From positions 372,001 through 436,000 of the forward strand of contig NW_003314308.1 in NCBI RefSeq assembly GCF_000143415.4: a stretch of 64,000 bases of DNA. Reading direction: 5' to 3'. Position 1 is the first letter of the stretch. The number at the start of each line of letters is the position of its first letter. The notes beneath the pieces are model-generated. The model made no database searches and was not told where the DNA came from. It saw nothing but the letters and a program-made list of their open reading frames with translations. This document shows positions 24,810 to 37,257 of the stretch, in pieces. A program made the position numbers and the translations under genes. This DNA is from Selaginella moellendorffii (lineage: Eukaryota; Plantae; Lycopodiophyta).

Positions 24810-26658
24810 ATGGAGGAAAGCGCGCCATACAGCGTCCGACTGGAGGCGGACAAGGCGCTGCACTTGGTGAAGCAGGGATCGTCGCTGCTGCTACTGGATT
24901 TGCCGCCATCGCTCTCCTTCGGGATCGATTTGCAGGTGAGAATCGCGAGCGCGCGAGGTCTAGGGTTTATGGGAATGCCTCTCTTTGTTGCAGATGTTTG
25001 TGGTCGGGACGATGTTCCGCGGCGTGAAAATGGTGCCTCCGGGGCCGCATTTCATCTACTACTCCGTGATGAGCAGGTGTGCAAGAGATTTTTGGAAGAA
25101 AAAATTTGTTTGGTTGATACGACTGAGAACAGGAGTGGAGATGCCGCTCCAGTGACTGGTTTCTTCATTACGGGAACGCAATCGAAGGTTTTTTCTTCTT
25201 CTTGGTTTTCATTCTTACTTCTTACAGGTTATAGTAATGCGATGGGATTCCCAACAGGAAATCTTTGTGAAGCTTACAGATCCGGCAGAGGTATCTTGTT
25301 ATAAAGGATAATGAAGTTCATTTTTCTGGTATTCAAAGTTTTCTGATGATGATGCAGGAGGAGAGATATGCTTATGCAGTTCGAAACCTCGAGTTTGATA
25401 AGAATCTAGCTCCTTACGATCTTCACCACTTTCGACGCTGGGAAGAACTTAGCAACTACGTCACTCCGGCCGTGATTAAACGGCATGGTAAGTCTAATGC
25501 CTTTTGGTTTTTAATCACTCGCGCTTTTGTTGATATTAGAGCCTCGCGACGGAGTCATATCTGTCGTAGCAGAAGCAGAACTTGTCGAGCAACATCCTCA
25601 GACCGCAGCAGAGAGGATGATGGTCGAGCAAATCATCAAAGGAAAAGAGACTTACGGCTTTAGAAACAAAGAAGGCGGTGAAGGGTCCACTCAAGACAGG
25701 AGTCGCTGTCGCTACACTCGTTTACCTAGACTTCTAAAGCGTTCTGGTGCAGAGGCCAAAGATTTGACTTCGTTAAACCTGGACAAGGTGAGCGTGCGTG
25801 ATGTCTTTGCCGTATGTTTACTGTGCTTTGTACAGTCCATAGCTCTTGAGAAGGCTCTGAAAGAATCTTACGATGGAAGCGAGGAGCTTCTACTAGGAGA
25901 GCTTCAGTTCGCTTATATAGCCTTTTTGGTAAATCTTCTCCTCCACCAATCTGTTATAACACTCGGTCTTTGCCAGATGGGACAATCTCTTGAAGGATTT
26001 AGTCAGTGGAAATCCATCGTGAGTCTTATGTTCGGCTGTCAGGAGGCAGTAAGTTTTTAGAGTATTCAGAAGATTTTTTTAGATTATCACTTCGTAGACT
26101 TACCGGACGTTGATTTTGCAGCCACTAAGGACTCGGACACGGCTTTTTGTCAAGGTAAATGCACTCTAGCACCTCTGACTAAGTCACGGCTATGCCGGTC
26201 TAGTTTCTGGAAGTGCTGTATCATCAAATGAGGCAGGGACTCAAGAACAACAAGTCAGACGTTGCTCTCGACGATTCCTCGTGGTTCTCAGCCGACAATT
26301 TCTTCCGGTTGCTCTCGAAGGTAACTACGTCTTTACATGTGTCACGTTTTCTCACCTATATCTCGTAGGACTTTTTACTCATGCTGAAGACCACTCAGCC
26401 TGTTGACGGAGAGCTCCTCATGCAGGTACGCTCGTACCATTTCGTGATTGTTTGTCGTTGAAGATTTAGATCCACTTGTAGGCAAGGAGGCTCAAACACT
26501 TGCTCGAGAGCCGTCTGGGGTGGGACCTTGACAACGAAATTAGCGATGCAAATGTAGATGATGACGAGGTATGTGTAATGTTTTGCTTTGTTTATCACAA
26601 TCCTTATACTTCTCTGTGAATGCCACAGTACGCTCCCGTAGTCGTAATGGACGTCTAG
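24810..26658 (+). CDS. AAR2: AAR2 (U5 snRNP assembly factor), multi-exon
   Basis: SLLLLDLPPSLSFGIDLQ, FRGVKMVPPGPHFIYYS, NLEFDKNLAPY, LLGELQFAYIAFL/MGQSLEGFSQWKSIV and terminal DDDE/YAPVVV. Confidence 0.92.
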
Positions 26659-26834
26659 AAAAAGCTTCTATTGCTTTCGAGTGCTTGTTAATTGAATGCG
26701 TTGGCAAAACCATTTCAAGCGTACTTGTGGGAAGGTTTGCAATTGGGAATTTACAATTTGTTTGCTTTGCGTTGATGACAACCAGTTTCGTCTCTTTTAT
26801 TTGTTTCTTCTTCACGTATTCGCCAAAAAACTCT

Positions 26835-28247
26835 TCATCCCCGCGCAGACGCAAGCAAGTTGAGAAATGGAATGCGCTGGGACTGAGATGGCGACGGATC
26901 GAGAATTTGGAGGCTTCTCGCAGCCGAGGTAGTGCTCCATTCCTGAGAGTCATGACACACCACTTAAGAACTTAACTGCGAACGTAGATTTCCACACAAG
27001 GGTCACCAACCTGTCGCTGCCGCCGTCGCTGCAAGATGTTCATCGCTCGAGCCATAATGTAACAAGGCAGAAGAAATCCTGCGGCCCTGAGGAAGAAAAG
27101 CTGGACAAAACCAAAGTCTCAACAAACAAGGAAAAATCTATCCGAGTTTCAACGCTACCGTAAAGAAAGTGGAGGCGTCGTCGTCGCTCCCGGCGGCACC
27201 AAGAGCCAGCGTGTGACGAAGTAGCAGCAGTGCCATCAACTGAGACCCGAGGTAAAAGCTCTTGTCATTCGGAAAAAAAAAAAAAAAAAAAAAAAAACAA
27301 CCGCAAGAACTCGAACTTACGATGAGTGCAGCAGAACGGCAACACGCAGCTCCGGAAGCATTGGCAGCCGCGTAGTCATCGATCTCCTGGATGAAGTGAC
27401 GCTCGGCAGCCATTGCCATGATTCGAGGATCAAGCTGGTGGTGGCTTCTCCACTCGACGTTCCTGCCAAGAAACAAAACGATGGAAGGTACTTTAGCACC
27501 TTTCGCCTCACAGAAGATCGCTCAATCAAAAAGAAGCACTACCGAAAAGCTCTATAAACTAAACGACGAGGAATCGAGCGAGCACGACAAGGAAAAGAAG
27601 AGTACACATACCTCGAGTGGTCATCGGGGAGAGCAACAGGAGCGGCAGGAGACCGGACTGGCGCTGTGTAGCCTTTAAAAGGCTGCAAAACAGAGGCGAG
27701 GCATCAGACAACCGAAGGGAAAGAAAAAAAAGAAAGAAAACAAAACAAAAGGAATGGTCGAAATCAGCGAACACGAGGAAGGTAAGCAAATCGTAAGTTC
27801 AGTGCGGATGATGTAACCTGCTGACAAATCTCGCAGATGGTGTCCCCTTTTTCGTTGCACCAGCGCTGCACGCACTTTCGATGAGCATACTGCCAAAACA
27901 CAAGGAAAGAGAAAAAAAAAAACGGGGAAGAGCCAGCAACTTGCTTAGAACTCTCAGCCGGCACGAAGAACAAAGTTCCTTACCTTCAAGCTGCCGCAAC
28001 AAGAGCACGGGATTTCGAGATTCCCAGCCTCGTCCTCCTCTTGGCAGATTCGACATTCGTCCTGCTGGGATTTTAGCGATGGTGGCGATGGTGGCTTTGC
28101 GGAGTGATCCTGGTGATGGTGATGCTGCTGAAGATGAAAAAACTGGTTTTGCATCAGCAGCGGCGAGCTGGTTCCATTCTTCTGGAAATGGGAGTCGCCC
28201 AAGCAAGCGCCGAGCCTCTCGATGTCTAGAGCGACATGATCTTCCAT
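26835..28247 (-). CDS. RING-CH (MARCH-type)/DUF3675 membrane E3 ligase, 7 exons
   Basis: CRICQEEDEAGNLEIPCSCCGSLK/YAHRKCVQRWCNEKGDTICEICQQ, then TM exons AACCRSAALI/LMALLLLRH and LRAAGFLLPCYIMAR. Confidence 0.9.
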
Positions 28248-28662
28248 ATAAGCCGTGTGTGGAGAGCGAAGAACACAAAAAGGAAGAGAGAAAAAAAAAA
28301 TGGAGGAAGAAGTCTACAAGAACTCCTGTTTTCCAAAACCCCTATTCTTCGTTTCTGTGTCAATCAATCAATCAAATCACTCAAAAGGGGTCACATTTTC
28401 TAGCCCAGAACTGCGAGTGAATGAGTAAAGCATGCACGAGATCATCCTCAAAGGGGAGAGGAAAAAGAAAGGGGATTCATTCCAAAGCTGCTGCTGCTGC
28501 TGCTGCTGCTGCCAACGGACAAAGAGAAGAAAAAAAAGAGCGAGAGAGGAAAAAAAAAACCCAAAGCAGCAGCAGCACAAGAAGCATCCCTTCTTCTCAG
28601 GGGATCATCGTCTTCTTCTTCGTCCTCCTCCTCTTTCGGTCATGGCAGCCTTTTTAGGTCAC

Positions 28663-28696
28663 GAAGAAGAAGAAGAAGAAGAAGAAGAATAGAAGA
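28663..28696 (+). repeat. (GAA)n microsatellite; a (CTG)n tract lies at ~28487-28511
   Basis: Read directly. Both tracts are much shorter or absent in the paralogous copy at ~18810-18930. Confidence 0.9.
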
Positions 28697-28835
28697 AAAA
28701 CACCTTTAAACGTTAAGTCAAGAGCCTGACGGCCGGGGGACGGAAATGAAAATCCAAATTATAGCAAAAGAAAGTTTAAAACAGAAACCCTAATTCTTCC
28801 TCTAAATTAGGGCTAGGGTTTGTTCTAGGTTTTCC

Positions 28836-29672
<837 letters not shown>

Positions 29673-29883
29673 GAAACACATTCTAATGTAATGAACCTTT
29701 TTGGCATATCATTCGAAATCAAAGATTCTACTACACATTTGATCCAAGCTTTCGAAAAGTATCAAGTTCTTGTTTCAGAGTTCTTTTTTGTTGATGTTTA
29801 GACTATTCAATGAAAGAAAAGAATCCAAAATCTACGATTGCAAAACTAGAAAGTAGTGCATTTTGTTCCATGGCATTCGAATT

Positions 29884-29980
29884 CGAGGCTTCAGACCGTC
29901 CTAACCATGTTCCACAGGAAAAAAAGATTTTTCGGAACAATGAATCGATCAGATTTGGTTTCTTGGCATCACTAGCCTCG
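29884..29980 (-). ncRNA. Box C/D snoRNA 3; predicted 18S guide for the U in AUACCGUCCUA (possibly snoR20-like)
   Basis: 7-bp terminal stem CGAGGCT/AGCCTCG, variant C box GTGATGC, D' CTGA and D CTGA. The D box is preceded by TAGGACGGT, complementary to plant 18S ACCGUCCUA. Confidence 0.65.
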
Positions 29981-30006
29981 CAAAGCAATCGCCCAAAACA
30001 GTGGAT

Positions 30007-30077
30007 GGCCTCAGAACGATGTTAACAGCACTAGAAATCAGACATATGCTTGTCAATGTGTTCGATCATCACAGGCC
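30007..30077 (-). ncRNA. U27: Box C/D snoRNA 2, U27/snR74 type (18S Am28)
   Basis: Terminal stem GGCC/GGCC, C box GTGATGA, guide GACAAGCATATG before D' CTGA pairing with 18S CAUAUGCUUGUC. The +5 rule gives A28. Terminal D CTGA. Confidence 0.9.
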
Positions 30078-30112
30078 TTTCCAGAGAGAAAGAAACGAGG
30101 AAGAACAAATCA

Positions 30113-30187
30113 GAGTCAGACTTTCAAAGCGAATCCTCAATCCAAATTCAGACAGGGATAACTGTGTCATTGAGAATCATCATCCTC
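30113..30187 (-). ncRNA. snoR38Y: Box C/D snoRNA 1, snR38/snoR38Y type (25S Gm2815 yeast equivalent)
   Basis: C box ATGATGA, guide CAGTTATCCCTGT before D' CTGA pairing with 25S ACAGGGAUAACUG (peptidyl transferase centre), C' TGAGGA and D CTGA. Confidence 0.9.
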
Positions 30188-30857
30188 GCTCCGCTAGCTA
30201 AGAAAAATCAACCTCGCCGCAGAGAGACTCACAACTTTAGGGTTCTTCGGCAGCCCTAAACGTTGCTTTACATGGAAATGGACGGCTACGATCGCATGAG
30301 CTAAATTTAAATCTCAGCGCCCGGTCCGCAAAATTTTGAATTTTAAAAAGCAGAAAACATTGCGACGTTTAGCCGGATTGGAATGCGAGCCCGCGTCCGG
30401 GTTTGAAATTTTTCAAAGGCTCCAAGGATCTGCCGCCACGTGGAGAATTACCGCCGGTGGTGTAAAAGAGGCCTTTGGTGGGAATCACCTGTTTGTAATT
30501 GGACGGTGGCGATCTGCGGACAGGGCGATTCCCGCCGTCGATCCTAGGGCTTGGCCAGATTAGGGCTCCCAAATTTCAAATCGATTTAAAAGAGGAGGAG
30601 GAGTACTGTAAGATCGGTAGGGTTTGCGGTCGCAGCGGGAGAAGCTGCTGCGCTCTAGTCGTCTAAGGCGCCGTGGATCCGCTGGGGAAGCGCAGCGCTG
30701 CCAATATGCGATTCGATTGGCGCTGATGAAGCAGTGGATTCTTCCCGTGGCGAGGTGAGCTGCTGGTTTTGCTGTGGAATTTGGCGACCAAATTCGTGGG
30801 ATTTCTAGGAACACCTATCTCTCCCTGAGTCTCCGGCTGGGTTAATTGGCTTGATTG

Positions 30858-33800
30858 ATGAAGGTGAGTTCCCATTCGAAGGGCGCATTAAATTTTCTTT
30901 TGACATGGCTTGTGCTTTTGGTAGACCCGTCGAAACAAATCTGTCTCGGCCCGGCAGGCGAGCACTGCGAATGGCGGGAAGGCAGCTTTGGGCGGCCCCT
31001 CTCCTGCAAAGAAACCAAGGAGTATGTTCATGTTTTTGTTTCCCCATAGAGATGTTTAAATTGTTTTTGCAGCCAATCGCCCACGAGTGGCAGGAAACAA
31101 GATTCCACATTTTTTGCTGGAAGAGGCAAAAACAAAGAATGGCAAGAGCGTCGACGATGATAATTCCGATGACTACGACTTCAACAATGTCGTGAAGGCA
31201 GTGGCCTTGACCCTGGCAGAGGCTTCTCAAAATGGATCGGAGTCTGAGTCACCAACACCACCCAAGGCAAAAGAGAACGGAAAGGTGATTTTTTGAAATT
31301 GTTGCAAGTGTTTGGAGCTTTATGCTGACTAGTGCCCTCTTTCCTTGATCAGGCAACCAGGGCACGTCCTTCGGAACCGGACACTACTAGCACAGGTGAT
31401 AAAAACAATGGAAGACGGCCGCCCTCTAAAAGAATAAGAAATCGACGAGAGAGTCGAGAGAATCTGGAAGAAGAACGTGAGGGCTCGGACATGGGAGTTG
31501 TTGAAGACTCGAAACCTCAAAAGACAAGGTTTTTACCGCAACGTTCAAAGAAACGAAGCAGACAGCTATTCTCTTCGGGAGGTACTGTCTTCTGACTTCT
31601 GCTGAACACTTTCTGATACTTCTCGTGTGCAGATGAAATTAGTGGTCTCGATGCACTCGCAACGTTGGCGGACTTGTCTCTAAGCGGATTACTTCCTTCT
31701 CCAACAAATGAAGCAGGTATTGTGTTGAAAATCCTTTTCCGGATATGATTGAAATCTGTTTCGTTGTTAAGGAGGGGATGGAACAGCTCCTGAGCAGCAG
31801 AAGCTACAAGATCTTGTTACACAAGTTTTGAGATCAGAGAGAGGATCCGTGAAGAAAGAGCAACGCGAGGAAGGCAGAGCGAAAGAGCAGAGCAACAAGA
31901 AGCAGCCATCGGCTTCGCCAGATGCGAAAAGGAAGAAGAAGCGCACTGAGAAGGTAAAGCGGTTTTTCTGCACTTTCATTCTCAAGTCTTGTTGTCTATG
32001 CAGAGCGAGGCTGGCACAAGCACGAAACCCGACGAGAAGGTATGTTTCTTTACTATAGCTTGCGGTTATTCACGCATGATATGCAGGCCCTTCCGTTTGT
32101 ATACAAGCCACATGGGAGAACCAAGCGCATATCTACATCTAAATTGCACAGGCACTCGCGGCACGACGGCTTTGATGAATCCGCGCAAGATGGTGACTTT
32201 GAGCCCAGAAGTAAAAGAAAACATACTAGTGAGAAGGAGACACGTACATATTGTCCACACACAACTGCTGAGTTTGGACCTTCTAGTGCAAAGGTATTAT
32301 TTGTGCTATGTTTCTAGTTTAAATGCTCACAATGTTCTGCAGGCCCGATTACTACACTGTCTGTCAATCCCAAGGGTTAGGCAATGGTGTGTCTACGAGT
32401 GGTTTTACAGCGCCATTGATCTTCCGTGGTTTGCGCGTAACGAATTTGTTGAGTATCTTAATCATGCCGGCTTAGGACATGTGTCCAAGCTTACGCGAAC
32501 AGAATGGACTGTTATAAGAAGGTAAATGATTGCTACGTCGATCACGAAGCTCATGTCTTTTTGTGCAGCTCACTGGGAAAGCCGCGTCGGTTGTCACAAA
32601 AGTTTTTGCAAGTAGAAAGGGAGAAGCTAGAAGCGTACAGAGACACAGTCCGCGCGCATTACCACGATATTCGGAATGATAAATCAGGATGCTGCTTACC
32701 ACCAGATTTAGCTCGACCTTTGACTGTCGGACAGCGAGTGATTGCTCGGCATCCAAAGAATGGGGAGATACACGATGGCAGAATACTTACGGTGGATCGA
32801 AACCGATGTCGCGTTCAGTTTGAGCGCACTGAACTTGGAGTCGAGTTTGTCCTGGTTAGTCTTGCAAGCATTGAATTTTTTAATCTCATTTCTTCTACGC
32901 AGGACATCAACGCTATGCCCGTCAACCCGCTCGAGAACATGTCAGACATCATGAGAAAGAGAAGGATAATCGATTTAAGCAGTTCCGGACACAGAATTGG
33001 TGCGGGAAACACTCGTAATGCATTGAACGACAGATTGGACCGACCTTATGCGACTCCATCACAATACTTCCTGAGTACTCTAAGCCACCGAGCTCAGGTA
33101 CTTGTCGCAATGTCCTGAGACGCCTACTGACTACCCTTTGTTAACAGATGGACAATGTTGACTCCGTGCTACTTGCAAAAGCAGCAGCTAATGAGGCTGT
33201 CGCAGCTGTACAACAAGGGCAGCCTTCATCGTCTATTCAGGCGCAAGCACGCGAGGCAGATATATGTGCACTGGCTGAGCTCTCTCGCCAGCTGGATAAA
33301 AAAGTATGTTTTTGTTTTCTAATCTTTTTCTCACTTTATAAACGTGTTATCAATAGGAAGCGTTGTTGGTGGAGCTGCGTCGTATGAATGATGAAGCTGA
33401 CAGGAGCGCTGGGGAAGCAGAATCTCTAAGAAACTCGGAAGCATTCAAGATACAGTATGCCACCGTTGTTCTTCAGCTAAAGAACGTCAATAAGCAGGTA
33501 CTGTCTCTCTTTAGGAAACAATGTGTTTGCTAATCTTTTTCTCCTCTGTAGGTCTCTGCTGCTGTCGTTCAGCTGAGAGAACGCAATCGATACCAAGAAA
33601 ACTTAGTAGCTCCATGGCACTCGCCTCCTTGTGCCGCTGCGGACGGAGCCGTAGCAGGCCTCGGTGCAGGCTCGCCGGCCGAAGAGATATCCCTGACGAC
33701 GAGGAAGGACGCTAGATCCATGGTTTCGGCTTTCGTTCAGGTATGCATAAGCTAAAAGACGTTCCAAGAGACGGTAGCTCATACATTCTGTCTTTCAGGC

Positions 33801-34359
33801 CGTGTGCTGCCTCAAAGAAGGTGAGGATGCCTTGTCAAGGTTGGGAAAACAACATAACTATGTGGATGGTCAACCTGCAAAAGAGGGGGGAACGGGGACG
33901 GGGACGGGGTTGGGTTTTGGTTCTTCGCCTCCTGCTAATCACCACCAATCACAGGGCTTTGATAAGTCACAAACGCTACCGCAAGACACACAAGCGACGA
34001 GTCAAGTTCCCACAGCACCTTATCCTCCAGACATAGACGCCTACATTCCAGCAGAGTTCATCGCTTCCTGCCTGACAACCCTGTTAATGATCAAGGTATG
34101 TTGGTTTTGTTCTTCTTCTTTGTGAAGCTCTAGCGATTTGCTTGGTTGTTTACAGACGTGCACGGAGAGGCAATTGCCACCCTCGGATGTGGCAGTCATG
34201 TTTGAAAACGTGCTGGAGAACTTGCGGCCGCATAACGCGACGAACCACCAGATATACAAGGAGGTGGAGCAGTGCTTCGATGTGCTCAAGAACCAAGTCA
34301 CGGCCCAAGTCTCGATCCGGTCCAATATCTCACTCCCCGTGGATTGTCACTTGCAATGA
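30858..34359 (+). CDS. ALY: ALWAYS EARLY / LIN9 (DREAM complex, DIRP domain), multi-exon
   Basis: [73 protein letters not shown] and [12 protein letters not shown]. Start at 30858 (MK|TRRNK) is inferred. Confidence 0.88.
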
Positions 34360-34545
34360 CGCGCGCCCTCCCGGAGTTAAGTTTTTCTTATTTCTCCTCT
34401 TCCTATTAACACCACAAACAGAGATGAGAAACAACCAAAATAAGAGAACGCGAAGCCAAAGCATTCTTTCCGTGGAAAGTGGTGAATTTGCCAGGTTCCA
34501 TCTCCTGTACAATGAGAAACAAAGAAATCGACAGCACCAACGTGC

Positions 34546-36990
34546 TCAACGCTTTGATTCGTAAAGGCTGGCCAAGAGCACGTAGGCTGCTCCCTGGTCG
34601 TCACCATCGCCGGCTTTCATCCACGACTCAAAGGCGAGCTTGCCAACCTCGGCGTTTCGGAAGATGCGGCTCGCGCTCAGCACGGTGCTCCAAGTCACGG
34701 CATTGGGCTTGTAAGGCATCGCTTCGACGAGCTTCACCACCTCGTCCAGTCGGTTGGCACGTCCCAGCGAGTCGACGATGCAGTGGTAGTGCTTGATCCC
34801 TGGAAGCGTCCCAAACTTTGAGAGCATGGAATGGAAAAAGTACCTGGCAGTCTCGACGAGGCCACCGCGGCTGCAAGCGATGAGCAGGCACACGAAAGTC
34901 ACGGCGTTTGGGCGGAGTCCCTCGTCGAGCAGCGCGTGGAAGAGCTCCAGCACCTCTCTCGTGTTGACCTGGCGGCTATGCCCGGCTACCAGCGTGTTCC
35001 AAGTCACTAAGTTCCTGGTGGTGGATGAAGAAGTGGCAGCGAAGACACACCCAGCGTCCTCCATGCTTCCACACTTGGCGTAGGCGTCGAGCAAGCTATT
35101 CGTGAGAAGCACCACCTCCTTCTCCTCGGACGACGACAAGAGCCCACGTCGGTTGATCTTTCCATGGACGAGCTTCGTCCTCTCCAGCGCAACCAAGCTT
35201 CCGCAAGCTTTGAGTGCCGCGGCAAAGCTAAGAACGTCTGGAGCGCAGTCCATCCGAGCGAAGAGCTCCAGGGCCACTTCTCCCTCGTCGCTCTCCGCGT
35301 AGCCGAGCATCAGAGCGTTCCAGAACACCACGTCCCGGCAGTGGATCATCGCCTCAAAGACTCGACGAGCACGGGACAGGCTTCCACACTTGGAGTACAA
35401 GTCGACGAGCGTGCTGGCCACGAATCTGTCCGAGTGGAAGCCACTATTCTCAGCCTGTTCGTGCAAAGCTATGCCTCTTCCCAAGCACCTGGCCTTGACA
35501 AGCTTCCCAGATACTTGCTTCGCGTTCTCCATCGCTGCCAGGCCAGTCCAGGCCTTGAGTGCCGCCACAAAGCTTCGTGAGTCCGATGGCAAGCCTTGTT
35601 GGAGCATTCTCGCAAAAACTTCCAGAGCGGCATCTGGTTCTTCGTTTTGCGCGTAGCCGAGCATAAGTCCGTCCCACGAAACAACCGTGTGCACTGGCAT
35701 CCTTGCGAAGGCCCTGGAAGCGTCAGCCATGCTTCCACACTCTCCATACAAGTCCACCAGCGAGCTTCCCACGCAGACGTCGAGATCACACCCAAACTTT
35801 CGAGCCTGCGCGTGAATAGCCATGCCTTTCTCCAAGCTTTCCAGCTTCACGGGCCTGCCGCAAACTTCCACCCCGGCCTCCTTCGTCGCCAAGCAAAGGC
35901 AAGCTTTCAAAGCAGCGACGAACGTCCCAGCAGTGAGCTCTTCCCAGCATCGTCGCAGCGTCGCCATTCTCTTCTCGAACAGCTCCAGAGTAACTTCCGG
36001 TCTCCCGTTTCTCGAGTAGCCCAGCATGAGAGCGTTCCACGACACGGCAGTGTGTCGAGGCATCCTGTCAAACACCCGCTGGGCGCTCACCACGCTTCCA
36101 CACTTCGCGTACATGTCCACCAGCGTGTTTGCGATGTAGATATCGTCCTCGAATCCGAGCTCCACGGCTTGGCAGTGAAGGACCCTCCCTCTCTCCAAGA
36201 TCTCGGCCTTGGTAACTTTCTTCTCCTCTGCCAAGCTCGCGCAAGCCTTTACTGCCGCCACCAAAGTCCGAGCATTCGGCTCGCATCCTTCCACTCCCAT
36301 GCACGACACCAGCTCGAGCGCCACCTCTTCCTCACCATTGTCTACATATCCCAGCACCAGAGCCGTCCAGGAAACCACGCTCCTACAAACCATCCGGTCG
36401 AAAACCATCCGGGCATCGACCAAGCTCCCACACTTCACGTAAGCATCGAGCATGGAATTCGCCACAAAGATGTCCGAGTCACAGCTCTTCTCCACTGCCT
36501 GGAAGTGGACTCCCATTGCTCGCACCAGCGCTCCAAGTTTCACGAGCCTTCCATCGATGATCTCGCCTTCCTCGGCAGCGGCCAAGTTGGAGCAGGCCTT
36601 GGCGGCTGCCACAAACGTCCACGAGTTTGGAGCACAGCCTTCTTCTCGTTCCATCCTTTCAAGCGCCTCGAGAGCTAAGATCTCTTCCTTGTTCTCCGCG
36701 TAGCCGAGCATCAAGGCCGTCCAGGACACCACATTGCGACTGGCCATCCCATCGAAGACCCTCCGCGCATCCGTCAAGCTCCCACACTTGGCGAACATCG
36801 AGATCAGTGAATTTGCCACGGAAATCCGCGAGATCTCCCCTCCTTCCACCGCATCGCTGTGGAGCTTCCATCCTCTCTGCAGATCCCTACTTCTAGCGCA
36901 CTCCTGGATCGCTGCGATGACGCTGTGCGATCGAGTTCCCGATTCCTCATCGCAGTCTCGCAAAGATTTCCTCGCGGAGCAGCGCCGCAA
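34546..36990 (-). CDS. PLS-class PPR protein with extended L motifs and an E domain
   Basis: Intronless 814-codon ORF with DMYAKCGS..ARRVFD..VVSWNALMLGY repeats and E tail VTWSTVLSASR..AYVLLASLY. True start uncertain. Confidence 0.9.
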   Translation of the reverse strand: MRRCSARKSLRDCDEESGTRSHSVIAAIQECARSRDLQRGWKLHSDAVEGGEISRISVANSLISMFAKCGSLTDARRVFDGMASRNVVSWTALMLGYAENKEEILALEALERMEREEGCAPNSWTFVAAAKACSNLAAAEEGEIIDGRLVKLGALVRAMGVHFQAVEKSCDSDIFVANSMLDAYVKCGSLVDARMVFDRMVCRSVVSWTALVLGYVDNGEEEVALELVSCMGVEGCEPNARTLVAAVKACASLAEEKKVTKAEILERGRVLHCQAVELGFEDDIYIANTLVDMYAKCGSVVSAQRVFDRMPRHTAVSWNALMLGYSRNGRPEVTLELFEKRMATLRRCWEELTAGTFVAALKACLCLATKEAGVEVCGRPVKLESLEKGMAIHAQARKFGCDLDVCVGSSLVDLYGECGSMADASRAFARMPVHTVVSWDGLMLGYAQNEEPDAALEVFARMLQQGLPSDSRSFVAALKAWTGLAAMENAKQVSGKLVKARCLGRGIALHEQAENSGFHSDRFVASTLVDLYSKCGSLSRARRVFEAMIHCRDVVFWNALMLGYAESDEGEVALELFARMDCAPDVLSFAAALKACGSLVALERTKLVHGKINRRGLLSSSEEKEVVLLTNSLLDAYAKCGSMEDAGCVFAATSSSTTRNLVTWNTLVAGHSRQVNTREVLELFHALLDEGLRPNAVTFVCLLIACSRGGLVETARYFFHSMLSKFGTLPGIKHYHCIVDSLGRANRLDEVVKLVEAMPYKPNAVTWSTVLSASRIFRNAEVGKLAFESWMKAGDGDDQGAAYVLLASLYESKR

Positions 36991-37069
36991 GTGATTTCTC
37001 GTGTTTCTCCCCTACCCGTGGATCTACATTTCTCTTCTTGGCGCCATGGATTCTCCCTTCTATGGATTC

Positions 37070-37155
37070 TATAAACCCTAAAACCTGGAAGGCTCGAGAA
37101 TATGCGCGAGCCCTAATAGAGGCCTCTAGAAGCTTTTCTTATTCTAGGGTTTTCG
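37070..37155. promoter_or_regulatory. Heat-shock-element-like arrays and telo-boxes in the divergent PPR/HOP promoter
   Basis: ggaaggctcgagaa and ctctagaagctttt resemble nGAAnnTTCn arrays. Telo-boxes aaaccctaa and tagggttt. Lies upstream of an HSP90 co-chaperone gene. Confidence 0.55.
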
Positions 37156-37257
37156 TTCGTGCGAGGGAGCTGCGCAGGGCGCATCGATCGATCGATCGAG
37201 GTAGGCTAGAATCACTCCGTCAGCACCTCTCACTCTACTCGATTCTCTCCCAGGAGC

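Noticed and set aside
35596-36678. Long antisense ORFs over PPR, GRAS and CSE genes (also 50347-51678, 56296-57432, 43597-44448)
   Set aside because: Shadow frames of GC-rich intronless coding strands with no recognisable motifs.
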